A stretch of DNA of 43,960 nt. Source: an uncultured Verrucomicrobiae bacterium. Lineage in GTDB: Bacteria; Verrucomicrobiota; Verrucomicrobiia; Limisphaerales; JAFGQR01. The notes under the pieces are model-generated. The model was given only the letters and a program-made list of their open reading frames with translations, was not told the origin of the DNA and did not search any database. This document shows, in pieces, positions 8,859 through 19,700 of this stretch. A program made the translations under genes and the position numbers. The stretch is taken from contig CAWBHS010000047.1 of the NCBI GenBank assembly GCA_963788655.1, forward strand, positions 1 through 43,960. Direction: 5' to 3'. Positions within the stretch are counted from its first letter, which is position 1; each line of letters opens with the position of its first letter.

Positions 8859-9605
8859 TTACTTCTTCCGAAACACGATGATGTGCTGCCGGGGCAGGGC
8901 CTCGAGAGTTTCGACATGTTCCAGCGGTTGCACAGCCATTTCTTTGCGGACTTGGGCGACGGTCATTTTGTGCAGCTTCTTGATGGGCACTTTGGGATCT
9001 TCGCCACGATATTCCGCGAACACTATGCGGCCTTTCGGTTTCAAGGCACGGCAGAGGGCTTGCACCATTTCATACGGGAACTCGAATTCATGGTACACAT
9101 CGACCAGCAACACCAAATCCACGGAAGTCTCGGGGAGTTTGGGATTCTCGATGGTGCCCAAAATGGGTTGGACGTTGGTGATCTGAAGTTGGGCCATGCG
9201 ATTGGTCAACTGGCGCAGCATTTCTGGCTGGATATCGACCGCAAACACTTTTCCCCTGGGGCCGACTTTCCGAGCCAAGCGCCGGCTGAAATATCCGGTG
9301 CCCGCCCCGATGTCGGCCGCCACGTCGCCTGGACGGAGTTTCAGTGTCTCAATGAGTAGGTCCGGTTTTTCTTCTTCGGCGCGTTCGGGTCGTTCCAACC
9401 AGTCCGCGCCCTGGTGGCCCATCACGAGAGCAATCTCACGGCCCATGTAGAATTTGCCGGTTCCGTCGGGGTCGTGCAGCGAATGGAATTCGTAGCGCGC
9501 CGTGGGCGAGGGAAGTTCCGCGGCGCTGGCTGGGCTGCGTTTTGGAAGAGAAACAGCCATTGCGACCAGTAAGACGGCACCAATGAAGGGTGTTGATTGG
9601 TGCAT
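8859..9605 (-). CDS. Class I SAM-dependent methyltransferase with signal-peptide-like N-terminus
   Basis: VAADIGAGTGYF motif I, AVDIQ, VDVYHE, LKPKGRI. The start could be further upstream (9650 or 9668). Confidence 0.85.
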   Translation of the reverse strand: MHQSTPFIGAVLLVAMAVSLPKRSPASAAELPSPTARYEFHSLHDPDGTGKFYMGREIALVMGHQGADWLERPERAEEEKPDLLIETLKLRPGDVAADIGAGTGYFSRRLARKVGPRGKVFAVDIQPEMLRQLTNRMAQLQITNVQPILGTIENPKLPETSVDLVLLVDVYHEFEFPYEMVQALCRALKPKGRIVFAEYRGEDPKVPIKKLHKMTVAQVRKEMAVQPLEHVETLEALPRQHIIVFRKK

Positions 9606-9684
9606 CGTTGGAAAGCCAGTTGCAAGGTCAGGTCGGCTGCCAGTCTTCATGAAGTTCCGTTCTCCCACGTGTGGGCCTCGACGA

Positions 9685-10101
9685 TCATTCCTTGTCCAAA
9701 TAGGGAGCGAGCAAGGTGATCAATTCGTCGGGCAAGCGCTGCGGTTTGTCCTCGAGGGAAGTGCAAGCGTGCAGGGTGGTGGCTTCGAGGATCAATCCAT
9801 TGGTTTGATTGATGATGCGGTACGCAAAGGTCAAACGCACGCGGCCCAAATCGGTCAGCCACACTTCGAGGCTCAATAAGTCGTCATAGTGCGCCTGGCT
9901 TTTGTAACGGAGGCGGCATTCGACGACCGGTAACAAGACGTTATCCTGCTGCCAACGGATGAACGGCACGCCAAGGTGGCGAAACAACTCACCTCGGGCC
10001 GTTTCCAGGAGTTCCAGGAAACGACCATAATAGACATGATCGCCGACCGTGCAGTCGGCGTAGGTCACGCGATACGGATGCCGAAATACTTGCGCTGGCA
10101 T
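9685..10101 (-). CDS. Acyl-CoA thioesterase (YbgC/FadM hot-dog family)
   Basis: RVTYADCTVGDHVYYGRFLELLETAR and RYKSQAHYDD. The longer ORF call extends into a REP. Confidence 0.85.
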   Translation of the reverse strand: MPAQVFRHPYRVTYADCTVGDHVYYGRFLELLETARGELFRHLGVPFIRWQQDNVLLPVVECRLRYKSQAHYDDLLSLEVWLTDLGRVRLTFAYRIINQTNGLILEATTLHACTSLEDKPQRLPDELITLLAPYLDKE

Positions 10102-10222
10102 GCGCGAACCATAAGGGAGCACCGTGCGTTTGCCAACTGCGGACCGGGGCCGGCCGAAAATTCGCAGGACGGCGCTGTAAACCGAAAGCCGAATGGCTGT
10201 CGCTGGAACCATGCGAATGGCC

Positions 10223-10320
10223 GCCAGCGTCTTGGAATGCGGCAGTCCTCTGCCGTTTTCGAAGCCACTGTCAGTCATCGAAAGCGGCAGAGGACTGCCG
10301 CACTCCAAGACGCTGGCGCG
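10223..10320. repeat. REP doublet, family A variant
   Basis: GCCAGCGTCTTGGAATGCGGCAGTCCTCTGCCGTTTTCGA ... TCGAAAGCGGCAGAGGACTGCCGCACTCCAAGACGCTGGC. Confidence 0.85.
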
Positions 10321-10454
10321 GCAACGCCAGTTTCAAGCCGTGGCGAAGTCTTGCAACAAAGGTACGGTTTGGTCCAGTCAGCCCTTTGCACCGGATGGAA
10401 GCGTCGAAAAACTCAGGGCGCCAGGAAGCTGGGGGCAAGAAACTTAGTTGCGTG

Positions 10455-10688
10455 ATGGCAAAGGCGGATTATCTTGCCGCTGTGGTTTGGCAGGAAATCA
10501 TAGTATTGACCATCGTGGCGGTAACCGTGGGGCTGTTTGCCCGGAGTTATCTTCGCCGCGGCAAATTCCGGTTCGAGCGTCAGACGCATTGTGGTTGCGG
10601 TGCCTCATCGCTGCCACGCCCGCAGGAATCGATTGTGTTTCGGGCACGCAAAGGAGAACAACCGGAGATTATGGTCAAAATGAGATAA
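10455..10688 (+). CDS. Small membrane protein with TM and HCGC motif
   Basis: WQEIIVLTIVAVTVGLF TM followed by THCGCG, reminiscent of FeoB-associated Cys-rich membrane proteins. Start uncertain. Confidence 0.6.
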   Translation: MAKADYLAAVVWQEIIVLTIVAVTVGLFARSYLRRGKFRFERQTHCGCGASSLPRPQESIVFRARKGEQPEIMVKMR

Positions 10689-10695
10689 GTGATGC

Positions 10696-10724
10696 TTGCA
10701 GCAACGCGCTTCGTAGTTTAGTCT
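10696..10724 (+). promoter_or_regulatory. Possible sigma70-type promoter for hsp20-lon
   Basis: TTGCAG-17 nt-TAGTCT, 16 nt upstream of the hsp20 ATG. Confidence 0.3.
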
Positions 10725-10740
10725 CAGGCATTGGATCGCC

Positions 10741-11157
10741 ATGTGCAAAGTGAATCCGTCGGAATATTTTATTCATAAAGCAGCGGTGACGACCCGTCGA
10801 ACATCCGCTGGCGAAACTCACTGGATCCCCAACACGGACGTGTATGTGGCGGGGAACGAACTTGTTATTAAGGTGGAGCTGGCCGGCATGAGCCGGGAGA
10901 ACCTGGAACTCACCGTCGAAGGCAATCGCCTGATGATCAGTGGGCACCGGCCGGATGGAAGCCGCACGTGCAAGTGCAATTTCCTGGTCATGGAAATCAA
11001 CTATGGCCACTTCGAGTGCGTGATTGAAATTCCCCCCGGCTACGACCTGAGCGCCGCCAAAGCGGCTTACCAAAATGGATTTCTCCAAATCAACCTTCCG
11101 CGCGCCCAATCCAAACCCACCAAAAGTTTCCTCGTTCCCGTTTCTGAAGAGCAGTGA
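10741..11157 (+). CDS. Hsp20/alpha-crystallin small heat shock protein
   Basis: WIPNTDVY, VELAGM, EINYGHFE, AAYQNGFLQINLP. Confidence 0.92.
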   Translation: MCKVNPSEYFIHKAAVTTRRTSAGETHWIPNTDVYVAGNELVIKVELAGMSRENLELTVEGNRLMISGHRPDGSRTCKCNFLVMEINYGHFECVIEIPPGYDLSAAKAAYQNGFLQINLPRAQSKPTKSFLVPVSEEQ

Positions 11158-11202
11158 AGCGTGCGCCCTTCAGGCGGCCGGGGTCACTAACGTCAGCCCC
11201 TC

Positions 11203-13616
11203 TTGACGATGACTTCGCCCGACACTGAGATCATCCACATTCTTGGCGCTTCTCCCGGAGATTCCGAGGGCCCGTCCGCGCGTCCGCCGGCGCGTCCACT
11301 GCCGGAAGTGCTCCCCATTCTGGGCTTGGCGGACATCGTGATTTTCCCGGGCATGGTGGCCCCCTTGCTGGTGGATACGGCCCCGAGCATTCGCCTCATC
11401 GACGACGTGGTGGAAGGCGACCGCTTATTGGGACTGGTTCTGCAGCGCAAGCCGGAATCCGACAATCCCACCCCGGAAGAACTGTGGGAAAACGGTTGTG
11501 CGGCGCGCGTGCTCAAGATGCTCAAGTTCCCCGACAACACGGTGCGCGTGCTGGTGGAGGGACTGTGGCGTATGGGCATCCGGGAGTATGAAACCCAAAC
11601 GCCATATTTGCGGGCCAAGGTCAGCATCCACAAAGATGTCATCCAGGAATCGGTTGAACTAACCGCGCTGGCGCGCTCCACGCAGCAGAAGTTCGAGGAA
11701 ATCATCAAGCTGTCCCCCGCGTTGTCGGATCAGGTCAAAGTGGCGGCGTTGAACACGGAAGCCCCCGGCACGCTTCGCCGACTTGGTGGCGGCCAACATG
11801 AATCTCAGTCTCGAGGAACGGCAACGCTTGCTCGAACTCCACGGCGTGGAGGAACGCTTGCGCCGGCTCCGCCGATGATGGACCGGGAGAACGAAGTGCT
11901 GACCATCAGTTCCAAGATTCAGAACGAAGTCGCTTCGAGCATGGCCAAGAGCCAGCGCGATTTTTTCCTGCGCGAGCAGATCCGCGCCATTCAGCGCGAA
12001 TTGGGCGAAGGCGATCCCACCGCCGTCGAGGTCAACAATCTTCGCGAAGAGATTGAAAGCAACCGCCTGCCCGAAGAAGTGCAAAAGGTGGCCTTCAAAG
12101 AGCTGGATCGACTGCAGCAAATGCCGCCCGCCGTGGCCGAATACGCCGTGACGCGGAACTATCTCGATTGGCTCATCAATCTGCCGTGGACCAAAACCAC
12201 CGAAGACAACGTCGATCTCGACACCGCGGAAGCCATCCTGAACGAACAGCATTACGGACTTAAGAAGGTCAAGGACCGGCTGCTGGAATTCATTGCCGTC
12301 ATCAAGCGTCGCAAGCAGAACTCAAGGGCCCGATCCTTTGCCTGGTCGGCCCGCCCGGCGTGGGCAAAACGTCGCTGGGCACGCAGTGTCGCCGATGCAT
12401 TGGGCCGCAAATTTGCGCGCATTTCGCTGGGCGGCATGCGCGACGAAGCGGAGATTCGCGGCCACCGCCGCACTTATGTCGGCGCGATGCCGGGGCGCAT
12501 CATTCAAACCCTGCGCCGCGTGGAAAGCCGCAATCCGGTGATCCTGCTGGATGAAATGGACAAGGTGGGCGCCGATTTTCGCGGCGATCCCGGCGTCGGC
12601 ATTGCTCGAAGTGCTGGATCCGGCAGCAGAACAACACGTTCACCGACCATTACCTGGATCTGCCGTTTGACCTGTCGCACGTGCTGTTCATCACCACCGC
12701 CAACTGGCTCGATCCGATTCATCCCGCCTTGCGCGACCGGTTGGAAGTGATTGAGCCTGCCCAGCTACACGGCGGACGGAGAAACTCCAAATCGCCAAAC
12801 GCTATCTGGTGCCGCGGCAGATCGAGGAACACGGGCTGAAGCGTAAGCAATTGAGGTTGCCGGACGGGACCATCCGGCGGTTGATCCACGAATACACGCG
12901 CGAAGCCGGCGTGCGCCAACTGGAACGCGAAATTGCCGTCATTGGCCCGCAAAGCCGCGCGTAAACTGGTTTCGGGCGATGGCAAACATCAACCGCTGGT
13001 GATCGCGTCCCAAGCGCTGCCGGATTATCTGGGCCAGCCTCAATTCACTGCGGAGACCGCCGAGAAGATCACTGAAATCGGCATTGCCACCGGCCTGGCC
13101 TGGACGCCGGTCGGCGGCGAAATCTTGTTCATCGAAGCCACCCGGATGCCCGGTTCGGGCAAGTTGATGTTGACCGGTTCGCTGGGTGATGTGATGAAGG
13201 AAAGCGCCCACACCGCATTGAGCTATCTGCGCAGCCAGGCCAAAATGCTGGGTTTGGAAATGGTCGGCTTCGAAAAGATCGACATTCACATTCACGTGCC
13301 CGCGGGGGCGACGCCCAAGGACGGCCCCAGCGCCGGCTCGACCATTGCGGTGGCGCTGGCGTCATTGCTGACCAAGCGACTGGTCCGTTCCGAAGTGGCG
13401 ATGACCGGGGAAATCAGCCTGCGCGGGCGCATTATGCGCGTGGGCGGCATCAAGGAAAAGGTGCTGGCCGCGGCGCGTTCCGGCATCAAGCAAGTGATCC
13501 TGCCGGAGCAAAACAAAAGCGATTGGTCCGAGGTGCCCGAGGAAGTTCAGCACAAATTGAAAGTGCATTTCGTGAAGCACATCTCGGAACTGATCAAACT
13601 CGCGCTCAAACCGTGA
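11203..13616 (+). CDS. lon: ATP-dependent Lon protease, split by multiple frameshifts (probable sequencing errors)
   Basis: LON N-domain ([10 protein letters not shown]), Walker A GPPGVGKT in an alternate frame near 12350, [22 protein letters not shown], catalytic PKDGPSAG and GGIKEK. Indels near 11776, 11870, 12318, 12381, 12590, 12622, 12755, 12776 and 12945. Confidence 0.92.
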
Positions 13617-14386
13617 TGTCGCGACTGCCCCTTGTTCTCCTGCTGACTGCGTTCACCCCGTGGCTGCGCGCCCAGGACAGCGGTCCTTACCCGCCGATTG
13701 CCAATCCCGAAGCCACTGGCCGCCAACTGGCCGAGCGGGTGCGCACGATGCCACCAGCTCAGAACGCAGAATTCACCGGCGTACTGCGCATATTGGCCCG
13801 CGACGTGGCCCCACGCACGGTGCCCGTTTCCTGCACCCTCAACGTCGGTCCGGTCCGGCCGGGCTCAACCAATTGGGATGCGGTTTATCACACGCAAGCC
13901 GTGCCAGGAACGCCGGCGGAAACGCTCGTCGTGCGGTACTATGTTGGCTCTTCCAACCAGTATTTTTTTGCGAAGACCAACCTGTCCGAGGAGGGCTCGT
14001 TGACCCATTACCGAGTTACCGGCGCGCAATTGGACACGCCGCTGGCCGGCTCGGATTTCTGGCTGGGCGACTTGGGTTTGGATTTTCTCTATTGGCCCGA
14101 CCAAAAGGCGCTCAAAACCGAAATGCGCCGCGGACGGGTCTGCCGGATTCTGCAAAGCATCAATCCGCATCCGTCCGCACAGGGCTATGCCCGGGTGGTG
14201 TCCTGGATCGACGTGGAAACGGGAGGATTGTTGCAAGCCGAGGCCTACGACAAAGACGATCGACTGCTCAAGGAATTCAGCCTGGGCAGCTTCAAGAAGG
14301 TGGACGGCCAATGGCAGTTGCAGGACATGAAGATAGTGGACGTTCGCGGGCACAGCCGCACTTGGCTCGAGTTCGATTTGAAATAG
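13616..14386 (+). CDS. Outer membrane lipoprotein-sorting (LolA-like) protein
   Basis: Signal peptide [10 protein letters not shown]..., motifs LAGSDFWLGDL, YARVVSWID, AEAYD..RLLKEF. Overlaps the lon stop (TGATG). Confidence 0.75.
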   Translation: MSRLPLVLLLTAFTPWLRAQDSGPYPPIANPEATGRQLAERVRTMPPAQNAEFTGVLRILARDVAPRTVPVSCTLNVGPVRPGSTNWDAVYHTQAVPGTPAETLVVRYYVGSSNQYFFAKTNLSEEGSLTHYRVTGAQLDTPLAGSDFWLGDLGLDFLYWPDQKALKTEMRRGRVCRILQSINPHPSAQGYARVVSWIDVETGGLLQAEAYDKDDRLLKEFSLGSFKKVDGQWQLQDMKIVDVRGHSRTWLEFDLK

Positions 14387-14560
14387 GGCCTTCCTCGATC
14401 CGGTTGGCGACGGTCAATTCACCACCGCCCTGAGCCTTGGTTTTAGTTCACAAGTAAATTGCCATCGCTTCATTAAGCCCAACGCGGCCTGTCAGGAAGT
14501 CATGGCGCGCTGGCGCCAGGGCCAGTGAGCGGCATCGAACAATGGCCGGGATAAACGCGG

Positions 14561-16423
14561 TCAAATCTCGTAGTCCAACGCTTCGCCGGAATCCTCAGCG
14601 GGCCGGTTGTCGTCCGTGGAACCCATCCGTTCATAGAAAAGGCGAACCTCCGCGCTTTGCTGTTGGAGCAGTTCCCGCGCGCGCAGCAGAGCGCGGCGGG
14701 TAGAGATGGTGGGATTCCTATCCGTGGGGAAAATGTTCTCCTCGCGGATGCGCCGTAAAAGGCCGCTGTTGCGCAATACGCGGACGACGTCCGGATTGCA
14801 GCCGCTGATGAGCAGGTGACGGTGCGTCTGGCGCAAATAGTCGTGCAATGATTCCAGTGCCATAACGGTCGAGGCGTCGAGGTGCCGGGCGTTCTTCATG
14901 CGCAGGATAAACACGCGGATGTTTTCGTCCTCGGCCTGGCGGCGCACCTCGTTCTGAAACAGATCCGCCGCGCCAAAGAAGAGTTCGCCTTCGACGTGGA
15001 TGATGGAGATTTGCGGATTGGGACGCTGGCTCTTGTCCGGCAGCGCCATGAGGTGCCCGGTTTCGTTGAAAGTGTATTCGACGAGACTGGGGGTGCTGGT
15101 CTTGCGGAGAAACAGAACCAGCGCGACGCCGATGCCGACGTAAATGGCGGTTTCCAGATTCACGAACAGGGCGGTGGCCAGCGTGATGGCCAGCACGGCG
15201 GCATCGGAGCGGGTGGCGCTCCAGGCGACGCGGAGTTGCGGCCGGTTGATCAGCTTGTAGCCCACGCGGATCAGGTGCGCGGCCAGGGCGGGCACGGGAA
15301 TGTAGTTGAACACCGGCGTGACAAACAGCAACACCAGCAACACCACCACGCTGCTCAACATCGACGATAACTGCGTGGCGGCGCCGGTTTGGTAGTTGAC
15401 TGCCGAGCGGGTGAAGGAGGAGGAGCCGGGATTCACCCCAAACAATGCGCAGGCAATGTTGCCCGCCCCCATGCCGAGCAGCTCCTGGTTCGGATCCAAC
15501 CGCTGGCCGCTGCGCGCGGCGAGCGACTTGGTGATCGCCGTGGCTTCCAGCATCCCGATGATGGCGATGGCGATGGCCGTGCCGGCCAGCTTCGGCAACA
15601 GCGCCAGGTGCTCCTGCCACGCCGGCAGACCGGCAAAAGCCGGCAGGATAATTCCAAGCACGCCTTCGTCCCGCACCATGCGGAAGGGCACGTGCGGATG
15701 CGCCAGGGCATAGACTCGGGCCGCGATGCCCAGCACCGTCAAACCGATCAACGCTTCCGGCCACGATGGACGCCAGCGTTTGACCGCTTCGAAAATGACA
15801 AGCGTCAACAACCCGATGCCAATGGCCCAAAAGGAAAAGTTCCCTGCCTCCAGAGCGCCCGCGACTTCCCGCAGCACGCGCACAAATCCTTCGCCTGACG
15901 GGCTCGGGAACCCGAGGAAATTGTGCAGTTGATTTACCATCAGCAACACGCCGATGGCCGTGGTGTAGCCCACCACCACCGACCGTGAAATAAACTTGGT
16001 CACGCTGCCAAAGTTCAAGAGGCCGGCCAGGAATTGGGTGATGCCGATCAGGAAGGCGAGGAAGGCGGCCAACTGCAAGGACGGCAGTCCGGCGGTGACG
16101 TTGGCAGCCAGGGTGGCGGCGACGATCAACGACACCGAAGTGGTCGGCCCGAAGACATGGTGCCGCGAGGAAAAGAAGAGCGACCCAACAAACCCGCCCA
16201 CCATGACCGAGGTGATCACCGGGGTGGGCGGCAGTCCCAGAATCAGCGCAAAACCGATGGCCTGGGGAATGGAGACGAGCGTCAACGTGGCGCCCGATAC
16301 CAAGTCCCGATGAAACTTCTTCCAGGAATAATGGCGCAGCTCACGGAGAAAGGGCAGGCGCACTCGTGGCATCGTCAACCCGAGCTGCGTCGCCCCATTC
16401 GAATGATCCGTGATCAAGCCCAC
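14561..16423 (-). CDS. SulP/SLC26 inorganic anion transporter with STAS domain
   Basis: IPQAIGFALILGLPP, GPTT, NQELLGMGAGN, SSSFTRSAVN, and STAS GELFFGAAD/LDAS. Alternative start at 16372. Confidence 0.93.
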   Translation of the reverse strand: MGLITDHSNGATQLGLTMPRVRLPFLRELRHYSWKKFHRDLVSGATLTLVSIPQAIGFALILGLPPTPVITSVMVGGFVGSLFFSSRHHVFGPTTSVSLIVAATLAANVTAGLPSLQLAAFLAFLIGITQFLAGLLNFGSVTKFISRSVVVGYTTAIGVLLMVNQLHNFLGFPSPSGEGFVRVLREVAGALEAGNFSFWAIGIGLLTLVIFEAVKRWRPSWPEALIGLTVLGIAARVYALAHPHVPFRMVRDEGVLGIILPAFAGLPAWQEHLALLPKLAGTAIAIAIIGMLEATAITKSLAARSGQRLDPNQELLGMGAGNIACALFGVNPGSSSFTRSAVNYQTGAATQLSSMLSSVVVLLVLLFVTPVFNYIPVPALAAHLIRVGYKLINRPQLRVAWSATRSDAAVLAITLATALFVNLETAIYVGIGVALVLFLRKTSTPSLVEYTFNETGHLMALPDKSQRPNPQISIIHVEGELFFGAADLFQNEVRRQAEDENIRVFILRMKNARHLDASTVMALESLHDYLRQTHRHLLISGCNPDVVRVLRNSGLLRRIREENIFPTDRNPTISTRRALLRARELLQQQSAEVRLFYERMGSTDDNRPAEDSGEALDYEI

Positions 16424-16509
16424 AAAACCAGTTATTCAAAGGACGCAGCCGCACCTTTGGCAAGCTCAGTTGTCAGGGCAGGCAACGCGCGAACGCGCAA
16501 ACAATCTGT

Positions 16510-16634
16510 CGCGCTGGCGTTGGGAGTGTTTCCCGCTGGCCGGTGCTTCTGATTGGAGAGCGTTGCTCAATCCTTGAGTATCCACCCTGTGAACGAAAGC
16601 GGGAGCAAGCTCCACGCACTCCAGACGGTTCGCG
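16510..16634. repeat. REP family A doublet with degenerate left arm
   Basis: Right arm GAAAGCGGGAGCAAGCTCCACGCACTCCAGACGGTTCGCG at 16595-16634. Confidence 0.65.
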
Positions 16635-16660
16635 ATTTTCGAACACCGTTCTTCATCGTT

Positions 16661-16686
16661 TCTGCCGGCGGGACGCCGGCAGCACG
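16661..16686. repeat. Solo arm of REP family C
   Basis: TCTGCCGGCGGGACGCCGGCAGCACG is identical to the right arm of the third unit in the 40840-41304 array. Confidence 0.75.
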
Positions 16687-16704
16687 TTGGGGGGAACCAA
16701 AGAA

Positions 16705-16734
16705 GAAACCGGGAGCAGGGGCGCTCCCGGTTTC
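16705..16734 (-). terminator. Intrinsic terminator of the giant protein gene
   Basis: GAAACCGGGAGC-loop-GCTCCCGGTTTC is followed on the minus strand by TTCTTT, about 65 nt after the stop. Confidence 0.65.
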
Positions 16735-16798
16735 CCTATTCTTTCCCAATCCGTGGGCGGGTTGGCAGGCTGCGGTCAGCCGGTACCTCTGGAATTGA

Positions 16799-19700
16799 TC
16801 ATCGCCAGCCCATGCAAGCGCACGGCGCGTAGGCGTCAATCACCGCTTGCGATCCGTCGATCAGCCTCTGCGCCGTCTCGTGATCGATCAGTTGCTTGGC
16901 GCTCTTGCGCTTCTTGCTCGGGCTCTTGTAGAACTCGTCGTAGTTCCGCACCTTGTCCTGGAAGGACTGCAATTGCTTCACCCCTTCCTGGCATCTGCCC
17001 TTGGCCAGTTTCTTGCACGCGTCCTTCAGGTGCTTGTTGAACGTGCTCTTGAGTTTTGCGTCGATGTTGCTCTGTTCAACCAGCAACACCAGTTCTTCCA
17101 CGGCTTCGCAACCGTCGATCACGGTCACCATCGTCGTACCCGTGCTCGACGTGCCTTCACCCGCACACTCGCCGGTGCCGGGATTCCCGTCATCGACGGT
17201 CAGCGTGACTTCGTGCGTGCCCAGGGGCAGCATGGTGCTCAGAATCGCTTCATTGCCCACCGGCAGGCCATCTACCTGCCACACATACGTCAGCGCATTG
17301 TTCTCCGGATCGGAGCACAAGGTGGCGTCCAACACCACTTCGGCCGTCTGGTTGTCGCAAGAGAGCACGAGGTTTTCGGTTACGTCGGGCGTGATCTGGA
17401 GCAACGGGCCCACCACGATATGGCAGACCGGGCCGTCATTGGCCAGCTGGACCTGGATGCTCACCACCGCCGGATCGGAGACACACTCGCCATCGGTCGC
17501 CGTGAAGGTGAAGCTATCCATGCCGTTGTAGTCGGTGGCCGGGGTGTAGGTCACGTTCGGCGCCGTACCGGTCAGGGTGCCGTGAGCCGGTTGCGAAGCG
17601 ATCGCAAAGCTCTGGAGGGTCGGCCCGCAGCCGTTCTCATCCGGATCGCTGCCGGTCAGGGTGATGGCCACCGGACTGTCTTCGCAGGTGGTCACCAGTT
17701 GGGCGTCGGCCACGGGGCATTGATTGACGCCGTGGACTTCAATGGTCACGGTGCCGCGGCTGAAGCAGATGCCGTCGTCCACAAGGAACACGAAGCTGTC
17801 CGAACCGCAGTAATTCGGATTCGACATATACGTCAGATTCGCACCCATCCCGCGCAGTTGCCCGTGCGAGGGCGGAATCACCCAGAAGCGGAAACTTGGC
17901 AAGTCGCAAGTCGCATCCGGATCAATGGCGGCCAGGGTGATGGGCACGGCGGAACCTTGATCGGCGATGACCGACTGATCCATCGCCACCGGACAATCCT
18001 CGGTTGGATTGACCGTGAGATTCACGACGCTGGCTTCCTCCGCGGTACACTCACCGTCGCTTACCAAGTAGGTGAAGCTATCCGCCCCGCAATAATCCGG
18101 ATCGGGCGTGTACACCAGATCCGGCGCCTCTCCCGTCAGGATGCCGTGTGCGGGCGGGGTGATAATCTGATAGGTGAAGTCCACCGAACCGCAGCCACTC
18201 ACGCGGTCGGCATCGTCCACCGCGAGGGTCAGCGGCACCGAAGTGTCTTCGTCGCTGACCACCGCTTGCGTCGTGGCCACCGGGCAGGCATTCACATCGA
18301 AGATCCAGATGGTGAACGTTGCCGGCTCGGAGGTGTTGCCGCCGCACGCAGGATTGATGGCCGCCCCACCATTGTCTTTGGCCACGATGGTGATGTTGGC
18401 GCGGCCGCACACGTCGCCCGCGCTTTCGTAGGTCAACGTGCCATCCGGCGCAATCGCCAACGAGGCCAAGAGGCCCGGATTGTCGTTGTTCACAATGTCG
18501 AAGCCCATCACCGTCTGGCTGGCCTCGCTGGGCGGACCGGCGCTGAGGTTCAGCGCCAGCGGCACGGTTTGCACTGCGGCGCCCCGCGCGGACGCCACGA
18601 GGTTGGTGCTCAGGTCGAAGGTGGGTGAATTGTTCTGGACGGCATTGGCCATCGCCGGGGCCTGTCCGACGACGACCCCGTACATGTTTCCTCCGGCATT
18701 TTGGTCATACAGGGTGAAGGTTCCCGCGGGCACCACTTTGGCGTAGATATTGAACCGTTGGTTGATGGAATTATCCGCACCTTCGTCAATCCCCACCTCA
18801 TCGGGGATGCTCTTGTCCGCGGTACGATTCGCTCCCGTCATCATGGCCGTGAATCCTTCGCTGGCTAACCACGCGGGCGGGGGATCATTGCGCTGGTCCC
18901 AAAGGAAATACACGGTGGCGGGCGCATTCACCGTCACATCCAACTGGTACCCGGCTTGTTTATTGTCGTTGCCGCTCATGATGTATTCCTGGTTCAGGAG
19001 ATACAACGGAATGGGCAGGTTGACATCCGCCGCGAAGTAAGCATGAGAACGGTCCACGTAAGCGGGGGCCTTGTTTCCAAAATAGCCCACCGTGTAAGGC
19101 GCGTCCGCGCTGGTGTTTCTAACCGGCTCGTCGGCGACGCCAGTGACAAAGGTCTGGCCCGTCCATTGGGCCACAATGGTGTCGGTCGCCTCGTTTTGTC
19201 CTCCAGTCTCCACCACATTGGCGATCAACTGCGGACGAGGATTGCGGCCAATCACCACGCCATACATGTTGCCGCCAGCATTTTGATCGTGCAGGGTGAA
19301 CGTTCCCGCAGGAACCACCTTGGCGTAAATGTTGAACCGTTGGTCAATCGTATTATCCGCACTTTCGTCGATCCCCACCTCATCCGGGATGCTACTGTCG
19401 CCGGTGCGATTTGCGCCCGTCTTCATGGGCACGAATCCGCCGTCCAGCACCCATGCGGGTGGGATGCCGGAATTGTTCCGCTGGTCCCATAGGAAATAGA
19501 CCGTCGCCGCGGTATTTACCGTAACATCCAACTGGTACCCCGCTTGTTTATTGTCATTGCCGCTCATGATGTATTCCTGGTTCACGAGATACTCCGGAAT
19601 CGGCAGGTTGACGTCCGCCGCGAAATAAGCATGAGAGCGGTCCACGTAGGCCGGCGCCTTGGCCCCAAAATAGCCCACCGTGTAGGGAGCGTCCGCGCTG

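Noticed and set aside
11203..13616. lon (and shc) as genuine pseudogenes
   Set aside because: Catalytic motifs are intact and the damage consists of clustered single-base indels, which fits sequencing error better.
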